A DNA stretch of 64,000 nt from an uncultured Alphaproteobacteria bacterium (GTDB lineage: Bacteria > Pseudomonadota > Alphaproteobacteria > Rs-D84), in assembly GCA_964017835.1 (NCBI GenBank), contig CAXHMP010000002.1, positions 275 to 64,274 of the forward strand. The letters run 5' to 3'. Position 1 is the stretch's first letter. Each line of letters opens with the position of its first letter. Below are positions 54,360-64,000 of this stretch, in pieces. The notes under the pieces were generated by a model. The model made no database searches, had not been told where the DNA came from, and worked only from the letters and a program-made list of their open reading frames with translations. Position numbers and translations under genes: made by a program.

Positions 54360-55792
54360 AAACAGCGATTACCCCGACGCGGTCGGAAAACTTTAGCGAA
54401 TGGTATCAAAATCTGATTGTGGCGGCCGATTTGGCCGAAAATGCCCCGGTGCGCGGATGCATGACGATTAAACCCTATGGCTGGGCGATTTGGGAACTGA
54501 TGCGCGATGAAATGGATAAACGTATCAAGGCAGCCGGCGTCCAGAATGCGAATTTCCCGCTGTTGATTCCCATTGATTTCTTTAACAAAGAGGCGGAACA
54601 TGTTGCCGGCTTTGCCAAGGAAGCAGCGGTGGTCACCCATTATCGTTTGAAAATGATTGACGGCGCGTTACAGCCCGACCCGGAATCGAAATTGACCGAA
54701 CCGTACATTATTCGTCCGACATCCGAAACCATTATTGGCGAAGCGATGTCCCGCTGGGTCCAATCATATCGTGATTTGCCGATGAAGTTGAACCAGTGGG
54801 TGAACGTTATGCGGTGGGAAATGCGGCCGCGAATGTTCCTGCGGACGTCCGAATTTAATTGGCAGGAAGGTCACAATGCATTCGCGACGCATGACGAGGC
54901 AAATGCCGACGCCCGCCGAATGCATGCGATGTATGCCGATTATATGCGTGATGTTTTGGCCATCCCGGTGATTCGCGGTGAAAAAACACCCGAAGAACGC
55001 TTTGCAGGCGCCGACCATACGTACACTGTTGAACAGATTATGCAGGACGGTAAAGCCTTGCAGGCGGGAACATCCCATGATTTAGGCCAGCATTTTTCAA
55101 AATCGTTCGGGATTCAATATTTGGGGACCGATGGTCAACTGCATCATGCCTGGACCACGTCATGGGGAACGTCAACCCGTATGATGGGTGGGCTGTTTAT
55201 GGTGCATTCCGACGATGATGGCTTGGTTTTGCCGCCCGCAGTTGCACCGCACCAGGTTGTTATCATTCCCATTGTCCGGGACGAAAATACCGATGAATTG
55301 AATGCCTATGCCACCCAAATTGCCGATGCATTGACCGCGGCGGGTGTGCGCGCATTGGCCGATGTGTCCGATATGCGCGGGGCTGACAAAATGTGGAAAT
55401 GGATTAAGCGTGGCGTTCCCCTGCGGGTCGAAGTTGGTGCGCGTGAAATGGCGGACCGCATGGTGACGGTCACCCGGCGTGATTTGGGTCGCGCATCCAA
55501 GCAGACAATTGCCATGGATGAATTTGTGGGCGCCGTCACGGATATGTTGCATCAAATCCATAACGATTTGTTGGCGGCCGCGGTTCAGCGCAATCGCGAC
55601 ATGACCCATGACATCGCCGATTTGGACGCGCTGGACGCGGCGTTGACGGCGGGCCAGATTGGATTTTTCCGTCTGCGTTATGACCAGACCCTGGACAAAC
55701 GCTTTGATGAATTAATGGAAAAATACAAGATTACGCGCCGGTGTTTGGATGATGCCGACCCGACGTATGTCTTTGTTGCCAAATCGTATTAA
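54356..55792 (+). CDS. proS: Proline--tRNA ligase (archaeal/eukaryote-like short type)
   Basis: FSEWYQNLIVAADLAENAPVRGCMTIKPYGWAIWE, RPTSETIIG, WVNVMRWEMRPRMFLRTSEFNWQEGH, GTSHDLGQHFSK, C-terminal ..VFVAKSY. The start overlaps the upstream stop (ATGA). Confidence 0.95.
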   Translation: MKTAITPTRSENFSEWYQNLIVAADLAENAPVRGCMTIKPYGWAIWELMRDEMDKRIKAAGVQNANFPLLIPIDFFNKEAEHVAGFAKEAAVVTHYRLKMIDGALQPDPESKLTEPYIIRPTSETIIGEAMSRWVQSYRDLPMKLNQWVNVMRWEMRPRMFLRTSEFNWQEGHNAFATHDEANADARRMHAMYADYMRDVLAIPVIRGEKTPEERFAGADHTYTVEQIMQDGKALQAGTSHDLGQHFSKSFGIQYLGTDGQLHHAWTTSWGTSTRMMGGLFMVHSDDDGLVLPPAVAPHQVVIIPIVRDENTDELNAYATQIADALTAAGVRALADVSDMRGADKMWKWIKRGVPLRVEVGAREMADRMVTVTRRDLGRASKQTIAMDEFVGAVTDMLHQIHNDLLAAAVQRNRDMTHDIADLDALDAALTAGQIGFFRLRYDQTLDKRFDELMEKYKITRRCLDDADPTYVFVAKSY

Positions 55793-55797
55793 AAAAT

Positions 55798-55819
55798 CCC
55801 CGGGCCAACCGGGGTTTTT
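55798..55819 (+). terminator. Intrinsic terminator after proS
   Basis: CCCCGG-GCCAA-CCGGGG followed by T5. Confidence 0.85.
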
Positions 55820-56036
55820 AATAAGGTATAAGTTATAAATTATCAATTATAAGGGATTGTCTAAATTTATGATTTCTGATTGGTTTGGCGCTGTTCTTAA
55901 TCTCCTGGAATCTAAAAGCACCCCGCCGCAAGGTGGTGATTTTTAATTTTCCTTGCGATTCCATTACGATTAGAATATAATCCACACTGCATCGGCCGAT
56001 TACCGATGTGGGGTGTGATTACCTCCTTAGTAAAGA

Positions 56037-56134
56037 CTCCAACGATGGTTGGAGGGTCGTGATATATCAAAATAAACGACACTATGCTAAGTAGTAATCA
56101 ACCTCCAACCGCCCTTCATCACGGCGGATTTTTT
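56037..56134 (+). promoter_or_regulatory. Candidate transcription-attenuator/leader with mutually exclusive helices upstream of the 56148 HTH gene
   Basis: Helix 1:2 is CTCCAAC-GATG-GTTGGAG (56037-56054). Helix 2:3 pairs GGTTGGAGG (56047-56055) with CCTCCAACC (56102-56110). The terminator CCGCC-CTTCATCAC-GGCGG (56109-56127) + T6 shares two C with segment 3. Confidence 0.3.
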
Positions 56135-56147
56135 AATTTGGGGGTAA

Positions 56148-56366
56148 ATGGAAATGCCAGTAATTTCGAATGAAACCAGATTAATCGGCGGGGCGATGCG
56201 CCATGGCCACCGGTTAAACCGCATCAGCCGCACGGACGCCGCCCGCGCCTTGCGGGTTAGTTTGGAGGAATTGGGCCTTATCGAGGGTGGCCGCATGGTC
56301 ATCCCGCGGCGCGTGTTGAACAGCCTGATGTACCACGCGATACGCAAGAAGTGTAAAAAGGATTAA
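56148..56366 (+). CDS. Small XRE-type helix-turn-helix protein (72 aa)
   Basis: LIGGAMRHGHRLNRISRTDAARALRVSLEELGLIEGG is a typical HTH_XRE layout. Confidence 0.55.
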   Translation: MEMPVISNETRLIGGAMRHGHRLNRISRTDAARALRVSLEELGLIEGGRMVIPRRVLNSLMYHAIRKKCKKD

Positions 56367-56494
56367 TGCATATTTGTACGGGATTGTGACGCCCGGTCGC
56401 CATCGCTTGCACGATGGACGCCCTTGTGTGCGATGACAGAAGTTTTTAAGAGCCAGGGAAGTTAAGAACAGAACCAAAATAAATCAGAATTCAG

Positions 56495-56544
56495 AAAAAA
56501 AAATCCCCGCATTCGGGCCACGCGCAAACAGGGTTTGCGGGGGG
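56495..56544 (-). terminator. Intrinsic terminator after fabF
   Basis: Outer stem CCCCGC/GCGGGG with inner hairpin CGCAAAC-AGG-GTTTGCG. On the - strand it is followed by T9. Confidence 0.65.
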
Positions 56545-56564
56545 TGGAATGTGGGGAGTTTTAT

Positions 56565-57815
56565 TTAAGCAACCTTTTTCAAAACCAGGCTGGCGTTTGT
56601 GCCGCCAAACCCAAACGAATTGCTGATGGCGGCGTCAACTTTGCGTTTTTTCGCCACATTCGGCACCAGGTCAAAATCACCAACTTCGTCTTCGGGATTT
56701 TCCAAATTGATGGTCGCCGGGACAATTTGGTCACGGATGGCCAGGGCGCAGAATATTGCCTCGACCGCGCCGGCCGCACCCAACAGATGGCCCGTCATTG
56801 ATTTGGTCGATGACATGGAAACGTCCGCGCCGGCAAACAAATCTTTGACCGCGGCCAATTCACCCATGTCCCCCAGGCCCGTTGATGTCCCGTGCGCGTT
56901 GATGTAATCAATGTCGCCCGGTTGCATGCCCGCATCGCGCAGCGCGCAGCGCATGGCACGACCGCCACCTTCGCCGTTGGGCGCCGGGGCCGTGATGTGG
57001 TACGCATCGCCCGACATGCCGTAACCGGCAACTTCGGCATAAATTTTGGCACCACGGGCCTTGGCGTGTTCATATTCTTCCAGGACCAGGACACCCGCAC
57101 CTTCGGCCATGATAAAGCCGTCGCGGTCTTTGTCCCAGGGACGCGATGCCGCCGCCGGGTCGTCGTTGCGCGTCGATAACGCCTTCATCGCGTTAAATCC
57201 GGCAACGCCAATTTTGCCAACCGCCCCTTCGGCACCGCCGGCAATCATAATGTCTGCATCGCCATGTTGAATCATGCGGGCCGCTTCGCCAATGCAGTGG
57301 GCGCCCGTCGCACAGGCCGATACCACCGATAAATTTGGTCCCTTTAACCCATATTTAATCGACACCTGGCCGGCGACCATGTTAATAATCGCCTTGGGGA
57401 TAAAGAAGGGGCTGATGCGGCGCGGGCCGCCCGTGTGCAGTTCAATGCAATTATCATAAATCGTGTTCAGGCCCCCAATGCCCATCCCGATGGAAACACC
57501 CATACGTTCACGGTCGCCCTGGAACGTGTCCAGGCCCGCATCCCGGATGGCTTCGTCCGCGGCAACAACGCCGTACAGAATGGATTTATCCATTTTCCGT
57601 TGTTCACGGGGTTCAACAACTGCGTCCGGGTTAAACATGCCCGGTTCCGTTCCCTGGACCGGCAGACCCGCAATCTGGGTCGCGCAATCAGATGCGTCAA
57701 ATGTATCAATTTTACGTACGCCGGACACACCGTCCAAAATATTTTTCCAGGCATATTCAACACCGGTACCAACCGGGGAAACAATTCCCATACCTGTGAT
57801 AACAACTCTTTTCAT
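56565..57815 (-). CDS. fabF: 3-oxoacyl-ACP synthase II
   Basis: MKRVVITGMGIVSPVG, VSACATGAHCIG (active-site Cys), NAHGTSTGLGD, SMTGHLLGAAG, NSFGFGGTNASLV. Confidence 0.96.
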   Translation of the reverse strand: MKRVVITGMGIVSPVGTGVEYAWKNILDGVSGVRKIDTFDASDCATQIAGLPVQGTEPGMFNPDAVVEPREQRKMDKSILYGVVAADEAIRDAGLDTFQGDRERMGVSIGMGIGGLNTIYDNCIELHTGGPRRISPFFIPKAIINMVAGQVSIKYGLKGPNLSVVSACATGAHCIGEAARMIQHGDADIMIAGGAEGAVGKIGVAGFNAMKALSTRNDDPAAASRPWDKDRDGFIMAEGAGVLVLEEYEHAKARGAKIYAEVAGYGMSGDAYHITAPAPNGEGGGRAMRCALRDAGMQPGDIDYINAHGTSTGLGDMGELAAVKDLFAGADVSMSSTKSMTGHLLGAAGAVEAIFCALAIRDQIVPATINLENPEDEVGDFDLVPNVAKKRKVDAAISNSFGFGGTNASLVLKKVA

Positions 57816-57871
57816 ACCTTTTCCTTTAAAAGTTCAGACATATCTTAATATGTCCCAGAACAAAAATACAG

Positions 57872-57908
57872 AAAAAAATCCGTCGACAATATAAATATTG
57901 TGACGGAT
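57872..57908 (-). terminator. Hairpin/terminator between acpP and fabF (probable partial terminator)
   Basis: Long hairpin ATCCGTC..ACAATAT-AA-ATATTGT..GACGGAT. On the - strand it is followed by T7. Confidence 0.65.
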
Positions 57909-57939
57909 TAATTTTATCATAAAAGACACCAGAAATAAA

Positions 57940-58173
57940 TTATTTCTTGTGGGCGTCAATGTATTTCACAGCATCGCCAACGGTGTTCAGTTTCATCGCT
58001 TCATCGTCCGGGATGGTGATGTTGAATTCCTTTTCAACTTCCATAATAAATTCGACGACGTCCAAAGAATCCGCACCCAAGTCGTTCGAGAACGTCGCGG
58101 TTTCGGTCACTTTGTCTTCGGACACATCCAATTTTTCAATCACAATCTTTTTAACTTGTTCGAAAGTTGTCAT
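57940..58173 (-). CDS. acpP: Acyl carrier protein
   Basis: 77 aa. [19 protein letters not shown] with the phosphopantetheine Ser in DSL. Confidence 0.96.
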   Translation of the reverse strand: MTTFEQVKKIVIEKLDVSEDKVTETATFSNDLGADSLDVVEFIMEVEKEFNITIPDDEAMKLNTVGDAVKYIDAHKK

Positions 58174-58307
58174 TTTTTTTCCTTTGTTTTGGTTAAACTT
58201 TTTACACGCGTTGACGTGTTATTGTCACTAATCTATCATTTTATCGATAGAGTGTCAAGATATTATAACAAACTGTAACAAAACTTGACAAACGTGCCTT
58301 AGGAATT

Positions 58308-59309
58308 TTAACCCAACACATTGTCCAGCAAGGTGTTCATGTTGTTACGAAAATCTTCGCGGTCGGATGCCCAGGTTAATTGCCGCATCAGGAATTTATG
58401 CACATCGTCCATTGTTAAATTGGGAATGCGGGCCGCCGTGGCAATGCGGTGCCACGCCACGCGCGGGTCAGTCAACGGCCGGCCAATACGCCCCGGGAAA
58501 ACCCAGCGCCCGTCCTGGGGTAAATCACGCAGCAGAACAACCGCCCGGTCCGATAACGGCATTGTTCCCCACATGTAATGATTGAAATCCAAATCACGCC
58601 ATTGCATGGAAAAGATTTTTGATTTTGGCGCAAACCCATAAATCAGCATTTGAAACGCCGCCCGCAGGACTGGGTTTTCTTCGCGTTCAATGGCACCCGC
58701 CACGCGATGCATCCCCGCCGGCGTCAACGGACGCGTGCGACGCACCGATGTTGCCTTGGCCACATGGCGCATGGGATTGTCGGTAATATATCCCATGTCA
58801 ATGGCGAAATTAAAGACGCTTTGCAGCAATTCGTGCATGCGGCCCGCCATTGCGCCGCCCGATATTTGCCCCAGTGTGTCTGCAATCATGTCCGGCGTTA
58901 TTTGTTGGACCGTTTTTGAAAACAAAGGCATCAGGTGGCGGTTAACCGCGCGCGTCAATTTGGCGCGGCCGCTCTCGCTGCGCCGCACCTTTTTATTCAT
59001 ATACGCGTCCATTAACCGTTTGAATTCGATTTTATTACGGCGCACCGTAATCGTGTGATGACGCGGCGCGTCCAAAACATCGGTCGCCGTACGCCGGGCG
59101 GTTTCAATATCAATATCGGGATAATTGCCAATAATAATTCGGCGGTCACGGCCATTAATCCGGCGGCGGACAAAGAATGTCTTGACGCCGTGACTGGTCA
59201 CATACAGGCGCAATCGCGGCTGGGCCGCATCCTGGACAACGTCAAAACCTGAATCCGGGGCCGGCAGATTGTCCAGTATGTATTCTGCAAAGAAAAATTG
59301 ATGCGCCAT
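58308..59309 (-). CDS. Tyrosine-recombinase (P4-type integrase) homologue, apparently catalytically degenerate/truncated (333 aa)
   Basis: DUF4102-like arm-binding N-terminus LRLYVTSHGVKTFFVRRRINGRDRRIIIGNYPDIDIETARR. The catalytic-domain region reads LIYGFAPKSKIFSMQWRDLD (no Arg-I) and VHKFLMRQL (no HxxR). No C-terminal Tyr block. Confidence 0.65.
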   Translation of the reverse strand: MAHQFFFAEYILDNLPAPDSGFDVVQDAAQPRLRLYVTSHGVKTFFVRRRINGRDRRIIIGNYPDIDIETARRTATDVLDAPRHHTITVRRNKIEFKRLMDAYMNKKVRRSESGRAKLTRAVNRHLMPLFSKTVQQITPDMIADTLGQISGGAMAGRMHELLQSVFNFAIDMGYITDNPMRHVAKATSVRRTRPLTPAGMHRVAGAIEREENPVLRAAFQMLIYGFAPKSKIFSMQWRDLDFNHYMWGTMPLSDRAVVLLRDLPQDGRWVFPGRIGRPLTDPRVAWHRIATAARIPNLTMDDVHKFLMRQLTWASDREDFRNNMNTLLDNVLG

Positions 59310-59342
59310 ATTTCATCCCCCCGTTGTCGCGCGTCGCGCCGG

Positions 59343-59756
59343 TTATTTGGTCTGCATAAATTTGCGGGACCAGAAATTACGTTTGTTTTTGCGGGCCGCG
59401 TTATAATTTTCCAAAGCCCAAAAATAGGACAGATTTTTCGCAATATGGGGACAGGCGACATTACAGCACGAGGTTTCCTTTCTAAAATTCGGACAAACCT
59501 TCATCGCATAGGCAATTTTTTCGCCGTCATCCATGCCAAAATTTAATATCGGATTGAAATATTTATACTGAATACAGGCTTGGTTATCTTGAAACATATC
59601 TTTTTCAGGCACATCAATGCCCAGGTCGTCATGCGCGCGGGTCAATTGCGTGTGCAGATTGTCGCAGTGTTGGACAATGGTGCGATATTCCCGGATGGCA
59701 TTGCGGATGTCACGCATCGGGGTTGAAAAAAAATATTTAAAAGCCATTTTTATCAT
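59343..59756 (-). CDS. Cys-rich hypothetical protein (137 aa)
   Basis: ORF with CPNFRKETSCCNVACPH. Family not recognised. Confidence 0.45.
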   Translation of the reverse strand: MIKMAFKYFFSTPMRDIRNAIREYRTIVQHCDNLHTQLTRAHDDLGIDVPEKDMFQDNQACIQYKYFNPILNFGMDDGEKIAYAMKVCPNFRKETSCCNVACPHIAKNLSYFWALENYNAARKNKRNFWSRKFMQTK

Positions 59757-59796
59757 CGATTATTTACCTTAACTTGTGTCTATCTATTTATTTCCT

Positions 59797-61608
59797 TTAT
59801 GAAACCTTTAACGCGTTGATAAAGGCGCTTTGCGGGATTTCAACGTTTCCAAATGAACGCAGACGTTTTTTGCCTTCCTTTTGCTTTTCCAGCAATTTGC
59901 GTTTGCGTGTAATGTCGCCGCCATAACATTTTGCCGTTACGTCTTTGCGATATGCGGCAATTGTTTCGCGGGCGATAATTTTACCGCCAATCGCCGCCTG
60001 GAGTGGAATCTTGAACTGGTGCCGCGGTATCAGGTCTTTGAGCCGTTCGACAATTTGCCGTCCACGTTTTTCTGCCGCACTGCGGTGACACATGAATGAT
60101 AGCGGTTCTACGTTCTCGTCGTTAACAAGAATAGATACCTTGACCAAATCGGATGGTTCGTATCCATTCAGGACATAGTCAAATGACGCGTATCCCGACG
60201 ACAGTGATTTAACCCGGTCATAGAAATCAAAAACAATTTCCGCCAGTGGCAGTTTATAAACCAATACCGCCCGGTTGCCAACATATGAAATGTTTTCCTG
60301 GACACCGCGGCGTTCCGCGCACAGCCCCATAATGCCGCCCATATATTTTTCCGGCATCATGATGGTGGCACGAACCCAAGGTTCTTCAATCATTTCAATA
60401 CGTGTGGGGTCCGGCATGTCGGCCGGGTTTTCCAAATCCACAACGTCGCCCCCGCGCAGATGCAGGCGGTACAGCACGCTGGGGACTGTGTTAATCAGGT
60501 TTAATCCAAATTCGCGGGTCAATCGTTCACTGATGATTTCCATGTGCAGCAGGCCCAAAAATCCGCACCGCAGACCAAAGCCCAGTGCGCTGGATTTTTC
60601 CGTGGTGAACACAAACGACGCATCGTTCAGGGCCAATTTTTCCGCCCCCTCGCGGAAGGCGGGATAATCATCCGCTTCGACCGGGAAAAAGGATGAAAAG
60701 ACCACCGGCACCGACGGCTTGAACCCGGGCAGGGGGTCCCCAGCCGGGGTGCGGGCGTCGATAATGGTATCGCCAACCTTGCAATCATGGATGGTCTTCA
60801 TCCCCGTGATAATAAATCCGATTTCGCCGGTATTTAAACAGTCGGTGTCCACCATTTTCGGCGTAAAGTAACCAATTTTATCCACGGTGTAATCCGCGCC
60901 GGTGGCCATAAAGCGAATCTTTTGCCCGCGGGCCAGTTTCCCGTCAACCACACGCACCAGCACCACAACCCCCAGGTATGAATCATACCACGAATCCACC
61001 AGCAGGGCGCGCGTCGGTGCGTTTTCATCCCCATGCGGGGCGGGCAGTTTTGTAACAATTTCTTCCAGTAATTCGGGAACGCCATCGCCGGTCTTGCCCG
61101 ATACGCACAGGGCGTTTGACGCGTCCAGTCCGATAACGTCCGCAATTTGTTCACGGGCGGCGGCAACGTCGCTGGACGGCAGGTCGATTTTATTCAATAC
61201 CGGCAACATTTCCAAATCGTTATCCAGCGCCAAATACGCATTGGCCAGGGTTTGTGCCTGGACCCCTTGGGTGGCATCCACCAGCACCAGCGCCCCTTCG
61301 CAGGCGGCCAAAGACCGTGACACTTCGTATGAAAAGTCAACGTGGCCTGGCGTGTCCATCAGGTTTAATTGATACGTTTGGCCGTCGCGGGCCGTATAAT
61401 TCAACCGCACCGTCTGGGCCTTGATTGTAATGCCGCGTTCGCGTTCAATGTCCATGGAATCCAGGACCTGGGCCTTCATCTCGCGCGATTGCAGGCCGCC
61501 GGTGAATTCAATCAGCCGGTCCGACAGTGTCGATTTGCCGTGGTCAATATGGGCAACAATAGAGAAATTGCGTATGTTTTTTTGATTCATCATGCGGCAA
61601 TCATACAC
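59797..61608 (-). CDS. lepA: Elongation factor 4 (LepA)
   Basis: [21 protein letters not shown] (G1), [14 protein letters not shown], and the C-terminal LepA-specific region. The start is more likely the MMNQKN Met at about 61593. Confidence 0.96.
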   Translation of the reverse strand: MYDCRMMNQKNIRNFSIVAHIDHGKSTLSDRLIEFTGGLQSREMKAQVLDSMDIERERGITIKAQTVRLNYTARDGQTYQLNLMDTPGHVDFSYEVSRSLAACEGALVLVDATQGVQAQTLANAYLALDNDLEMLPVLNKIDLPSSDVAAAREQIADVIGLDASNALCVSGKTGDGVPELLEEIVTKLPAPHGDENAPTRALLVDSWYDSYLGVVVLVRVVDGKLARGQKIRFMATGADYTVDKIGYFTPKMVDTDCLNTGEIGFIITGMKTIHDCKVGDTIIDARTPAGDPLPGFKPSVPVVFSSFFPVEADDYPAFREGAEKLALNDASFVFTTEKSSALGFGLRCGFLGLLHMEIISERLTREFGLNLINTVPSVLYRLHLRGGDVVDLENPADMPDPTRIEMIEEPWVRATIMMPEKYMGGIMGLCAERRGVQENISYVGNRAVLVYKLPLAEIVFDFYDRVKSLSSGYASFDYVLNGYEPSDLVKVSILVNDENVEPLSFMCHRSAAEKRGRQIVERLKDLIPRHQFKIPLQAAIGGKIIARETIAAYRKDVTAKCYGGDITRKRKLLEKQKEGKKRLRSFGNVEIPQSAFINALKVS

Positions 61609-61637
61609 CAGTATTAGCCACGCCGCAAGGTGATTTT

Positions 61638-61991
61638 TTACTTTGTTTCCAGGTGGCTTAGCAATTCGTCAATCCGCGACGCACGTTCCATTGTGTCGTC
61701 ATAGGCAAAACGGATTTCCGGGACATATTTTTGGTCGATTTTCATCGCCAAACTGTGGCGGACCATTCGTGTGATTTCGTCCAGCCGTTTTTGAACCGCC
61801 GCCAAATCATCATTGCGGGAATAATAAAACAGTTTTACATACTGTAACCCGCCATGTGCGACCGCCCCCACCAACGACACGCCGCCAACCAGGGCGTCGT
61901 CCCCGAATTCGTCGCGCAAGATTTCGGCGACCAGTGTTTGAACCTTGGATGCGATGCGTTCGCTGCGATTTGATACGGTTGGTTTTTTCAT
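61638..61991 (-). CDS. rbfA: Ribosome-binding factor A
   Basis: [22 protein letters not shown]-like fold length (117 aa), [11 protein letters not shown] block. Confidence 0.88.
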   Translation of the reverse strand: MKKPTVSNRSERIASKVQTLVAEILRDEFGDDALVGGVSLVGAVAHGGLQYVKLFYYSRNDDLAAVQKRLDEITRMVRHSLAMKIDQKYVPEIRFAYDDTMERASRIDELLSHLETK

Positions 61992-62076
61992 GCCTGTTTT
62001 CCAAATAAATTATAATTGTAAATTAGCAAAGATTTCTGTACAATCAAGCGAAATTCATTCACAGGGGAAGCACATC

Positions 62077-62649
62077 ATGAAATTAGTGGACGCAATCTTG
62101 CAAAAATCGGGCCATCCGGCGTTTTCGTGGGTGGTTTTTTTCCTGACATTTTGTGAATCTATATTTTTATTCATTCCACCCGAAGTCTTTATGACGCCCC
62201 CCATTGTTGCCGACCGCCGGCGCGCGGTGCCAATTACGGTTGCGGCATCGCTGGGGTCGTTGGTGGGGGGCGCCGTGGCGTACGGAATTGGATGTTGGCT
62301 GTTTGATTCAGTGGGGGTGTGGCTGATTAACAATTTTGCCAGCATGGAAAAATTCCAAATGGCCCAAGATTTGTTTATCGGTCACGGGGTGCTGATTATC
62401 TTTTTAACCGCGGTGACGCCCATTCCGTACAAGTTAATGGCGATTTGCGCAGGTTTTTTAAATTTCCCGGCTTTGTTGTTCTTGGGCGTGTCGGCAATCT
62501 TTCGCACGGGACGTTTCGCGATTGTGGGCTATTTGCTGTGGCGGTTCCAGGCGCGCGCCAATGCCATTGTAAAAAAATACTTTTGGCCGTTAACCGCAAT
62601 TGCCATTGCGGCCGCCGGTATCGGCATCGGGTTAATGATGTTGTTATAG
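62077..62649 (+). CDS. YqaA/DedA-like small membrane protein (190 aa from ATG 62077)
   Basis: FLTFCESIFLFIPPEVFMTPP motif and multiple TM helices. AGGGGAAG Shine-Dalgarno before 62077. The ORF track start at 61945 overlaps rbfA antisense and is unlikely. Confidence 0.65.
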   Translation: MKLVDAILQKSGHPAFSWVVFFLTFCESIFLFIPPEVFMTPPIVADRRRAVPITVAASLGSLVGGAVAYGIGCWLFDSVGVWLINNFASMEKFQMAQDLFIGHGVLIIFLTAVTPIPYKLMAICAGFLNFPALLFLGVSAIFRTGRFAIVGYLLWRFQARANAIVKKYFWPLTAIAIAAAGIGIGLMMLL

Positions 62650-62675
62650 AAAAAAACGGGGTGGGACCCCGTTTT

Positions 62676-63143
62676 TTAACGCGATGTATTTTTGCGTTTT
62701 TGTGTTTGCGTGGATGATTTGGATTCACGCGCCTGTGTCATTTCGTTATCCATGTTGTGGGATTTGCCGTTTGCGCCCCGGCGGTCCGTAAACTTTTTAA
62801 TTCCGTACAAAACCGCACCCGCAACCAGGCCCGCAACATCTTGGGGGGATACCTGTTCGGTGACGCGGTCACGCACGTCTTCGTACAGATTCTTGACCGC
62901 GGTTTTGGCCATTGTAACCATGCGGCGCCGGCGGTTACGGGTGACGATTTCATGGACCCACATGGCAATCAAAAATGCCAGCAACGGGACCGCCACGCAC
63001 CAGATAAAGTATTTGAACACGTGGTCGTCACAGAATGTGGCCCCAAACATGGCGTCGCATGTCCGCGAACAATGCAGCAAGATTATTGCCGCGATTTCAT
63101 ACACCGAAAATATGGTGAAGTATGTTTTTAGTTTTAACATCAT
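62676..63143 (-). CDS. Hypothetical membrane protein (155 aa)
   Basis: Two N-terminal hydrophobic helices and a basic C-terminal tail. Family not recognised. Confidence 0.45.
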   Translation of the reverse strand: MMLKLKTYFTIFSVYEIAAIILLHCSRTCDAMFGATFCDDHVFKYFIWCVAVPLLAFLIAMWVHEIVTRNRRRRMVTMAKTAVKNLYEDVRDRVTEQVSPQDVAGLVAGAVLYGIKKFTDRRGANGKSHNMDNEMTQARESKSSTQTQKRKNTSR

Positions 63144-63268
63144 GGTTAATTTCCTCCTGTGTTATCTATTGTGACGAAATGCCCCGTTTCTGTCACCAGG
63201 AACCATTACCCAACATTAGGGGATTATTCATATATCCCATGTCCATTTCGGTATGATATAATTTAAGT

Positions 63269-63568
63269 ATGGCAGATGATGTTTCATATATTTTAACCGA
63301 CGACGGTCTGGGCTTTGGCGCCCATGTCGATGGGCATCGGGTGGGACAAATTACCTTTGTTCGTGTTGGTATCGATAAAATGATTATTGACCACACGGAT
63401 ATTGACGACGAATTTCGGGCGCGTGACGTGGCGTCGGGATTGGTGGGGTGCGTGGTGGATTTGGCCCGGCGCCAGGGACGGCGGATTTTGTGCATGTGTC
63501 CAGTGGCGCGCGCCATATTTAACCGCACGCCCGAATACGATGATGTGCGTTTGATTAACATGCACTGA
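63269..63568 (+). CDS. Small GNAT-like N-acetyltransferase (YjdJ-type, 99 aa)
   Basis: MIIDHTDIDDEFRARDVASGLVGCVVDLARRQGRRILCMCPVARAIF matches the single-domain GNAT-like layout. Confidence 0.65.
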   Translation: MADDVSYILTDDGLGFGAHVDGHRVGQITFVRVGIDKMIIDHTDIDDEFRARDVASGLVGCVVDLARRQGRRILCMCPVARAIFNRTPEYDDVRLINMH

Positions 63569-63638
63569 TGAAATGCTTTCCGGACTTGAACCGATTTGAT
63601 TTTTTCTCTAAGATGCCCGCATAAGCACAGGGGGATTT

Positions 63639-64000
63639 ATGACAAAAAAATTGCGCGCGTGGTTGGTGTTTCTTATCTTTTTAAACGGGTATGTCAGTTT
63701 GTCGTTGGAATTAATCGTGTTACGACAACTGTCGTTCTTTGTCGGCAGTGCCGCCGTCATCACCAGCATTATTATGGGAACCTTTCTGGGGTTTATGTCG
63801 GTCGGATATTTTCGCGGCGCCACCATTGGCGCGCGCCGACGCGGCGGGGCCAAGCGCGCCCTGGGGGCCAGTTTTATTATCATTGCGGCGATGTCTATCC
63901 TGGGCGCCAGTTTTGCGTTGTTGGGAACATATTTTTCAATAATGTATATTGCCGGCATAACGTCCGGCGCCGTCCAAACCGCGATTTATTCCGTCATTTT
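63639..64000 (+). CDS. Partial (5' part) polytopic membrane protein, possibly the spermidine-synthase-like fused membrane domain
   Basis: ATG 63639 with an AGGGGGA Shine-Dalgarno. MTKKLRAWLVFLIFLNGYVSLSLELIVLRQLSFFVGS... is open to the window end. Not in the ORF track because there is no stop. Confidence 0.45.
   Translation, partial: MTKKLRAWLVFLIFLNGYVSLSLELIVLRQLSFFVGSAAVITSIIMGTFLGFMSVGYFRGATIGARRRGGAKRALGASFIIIAAMSILGASFALLGTYFSIMYIAGITSGAVQTAIYSVI

Noticed and set aside
56017-56029. GATTACCTCCTTA resembles the 3' end of 16S rRNA (GATCACCTCCTTA)
   Set aside because: There is no rRNA-like sequence upstream or downstream. It is an isolated 13-mer in an intergenic region, most likely coincidental. 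At most it could act as an anti-Shine-Dalgarno-like element, for which I have no support.

Overview
This is a 64-kb chromosomal window. Gene content suggests an alphaproteobacterium-like genome (inference only). The housekeeping backbone includes mraZ, rho, ssb, glyQS, lgt, galE, cvpA, sodB, an ldh-like gene, an M13 peptidase, hemW, olsB/olsA-like genes, proS, fabF-acpP, lepA and rbfA. There are also several beta-barrel outer-membrane proteins ending in an aromatic residue, and many AAAAATCCCC..GGGGATTTTT-type intrinsic terminators. Two accessory regions stand out. (1) Positions 93-5873 hold a compact type II-C CRISPR-Cas locus. cas9 is on the + strand, while cas2-cas1 and the array read on the - strand and converge on it. 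The array has 17 x 36-bp repeats and 16 spacers. Each repeat ends, in crRNA sense, in a perfect extended -10 (TGATATAAT). The terminal divergent repeat is a possible tracrRNA anti-repeat. (2) Positions ~22.1-38.1 kb hold an AT-rich island directly downstream of tRNA-Ser(UGA), which itself has an odd duplicated 5' half. The island has a large serine recombinase + DUF2924-like + DUF5681-like backbone, a decayed ParB-methyltransferase, and intact defence-like cargo: a 1537-aa SF1 helicase with a C-terminal Vsr/DUF559-type nuclease; a Sau3AI/MutH-like endonuclease with a C5-methyltransferase; a translationally coupled three-gene operon (unknown UDG-like? protein + ADP-ribosylglycohydrolase + PD-(D/E)xK nuclease-like protein); and a NERD-like/DUF2075-like NTPase convergent with a DUF488 gene. 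The three-gene ARH operon (32230-34471) is my best candidate for an undescribed system, followed by the helicase-nuclease. All family assignments come from motifs read by eye. No database search was possible.
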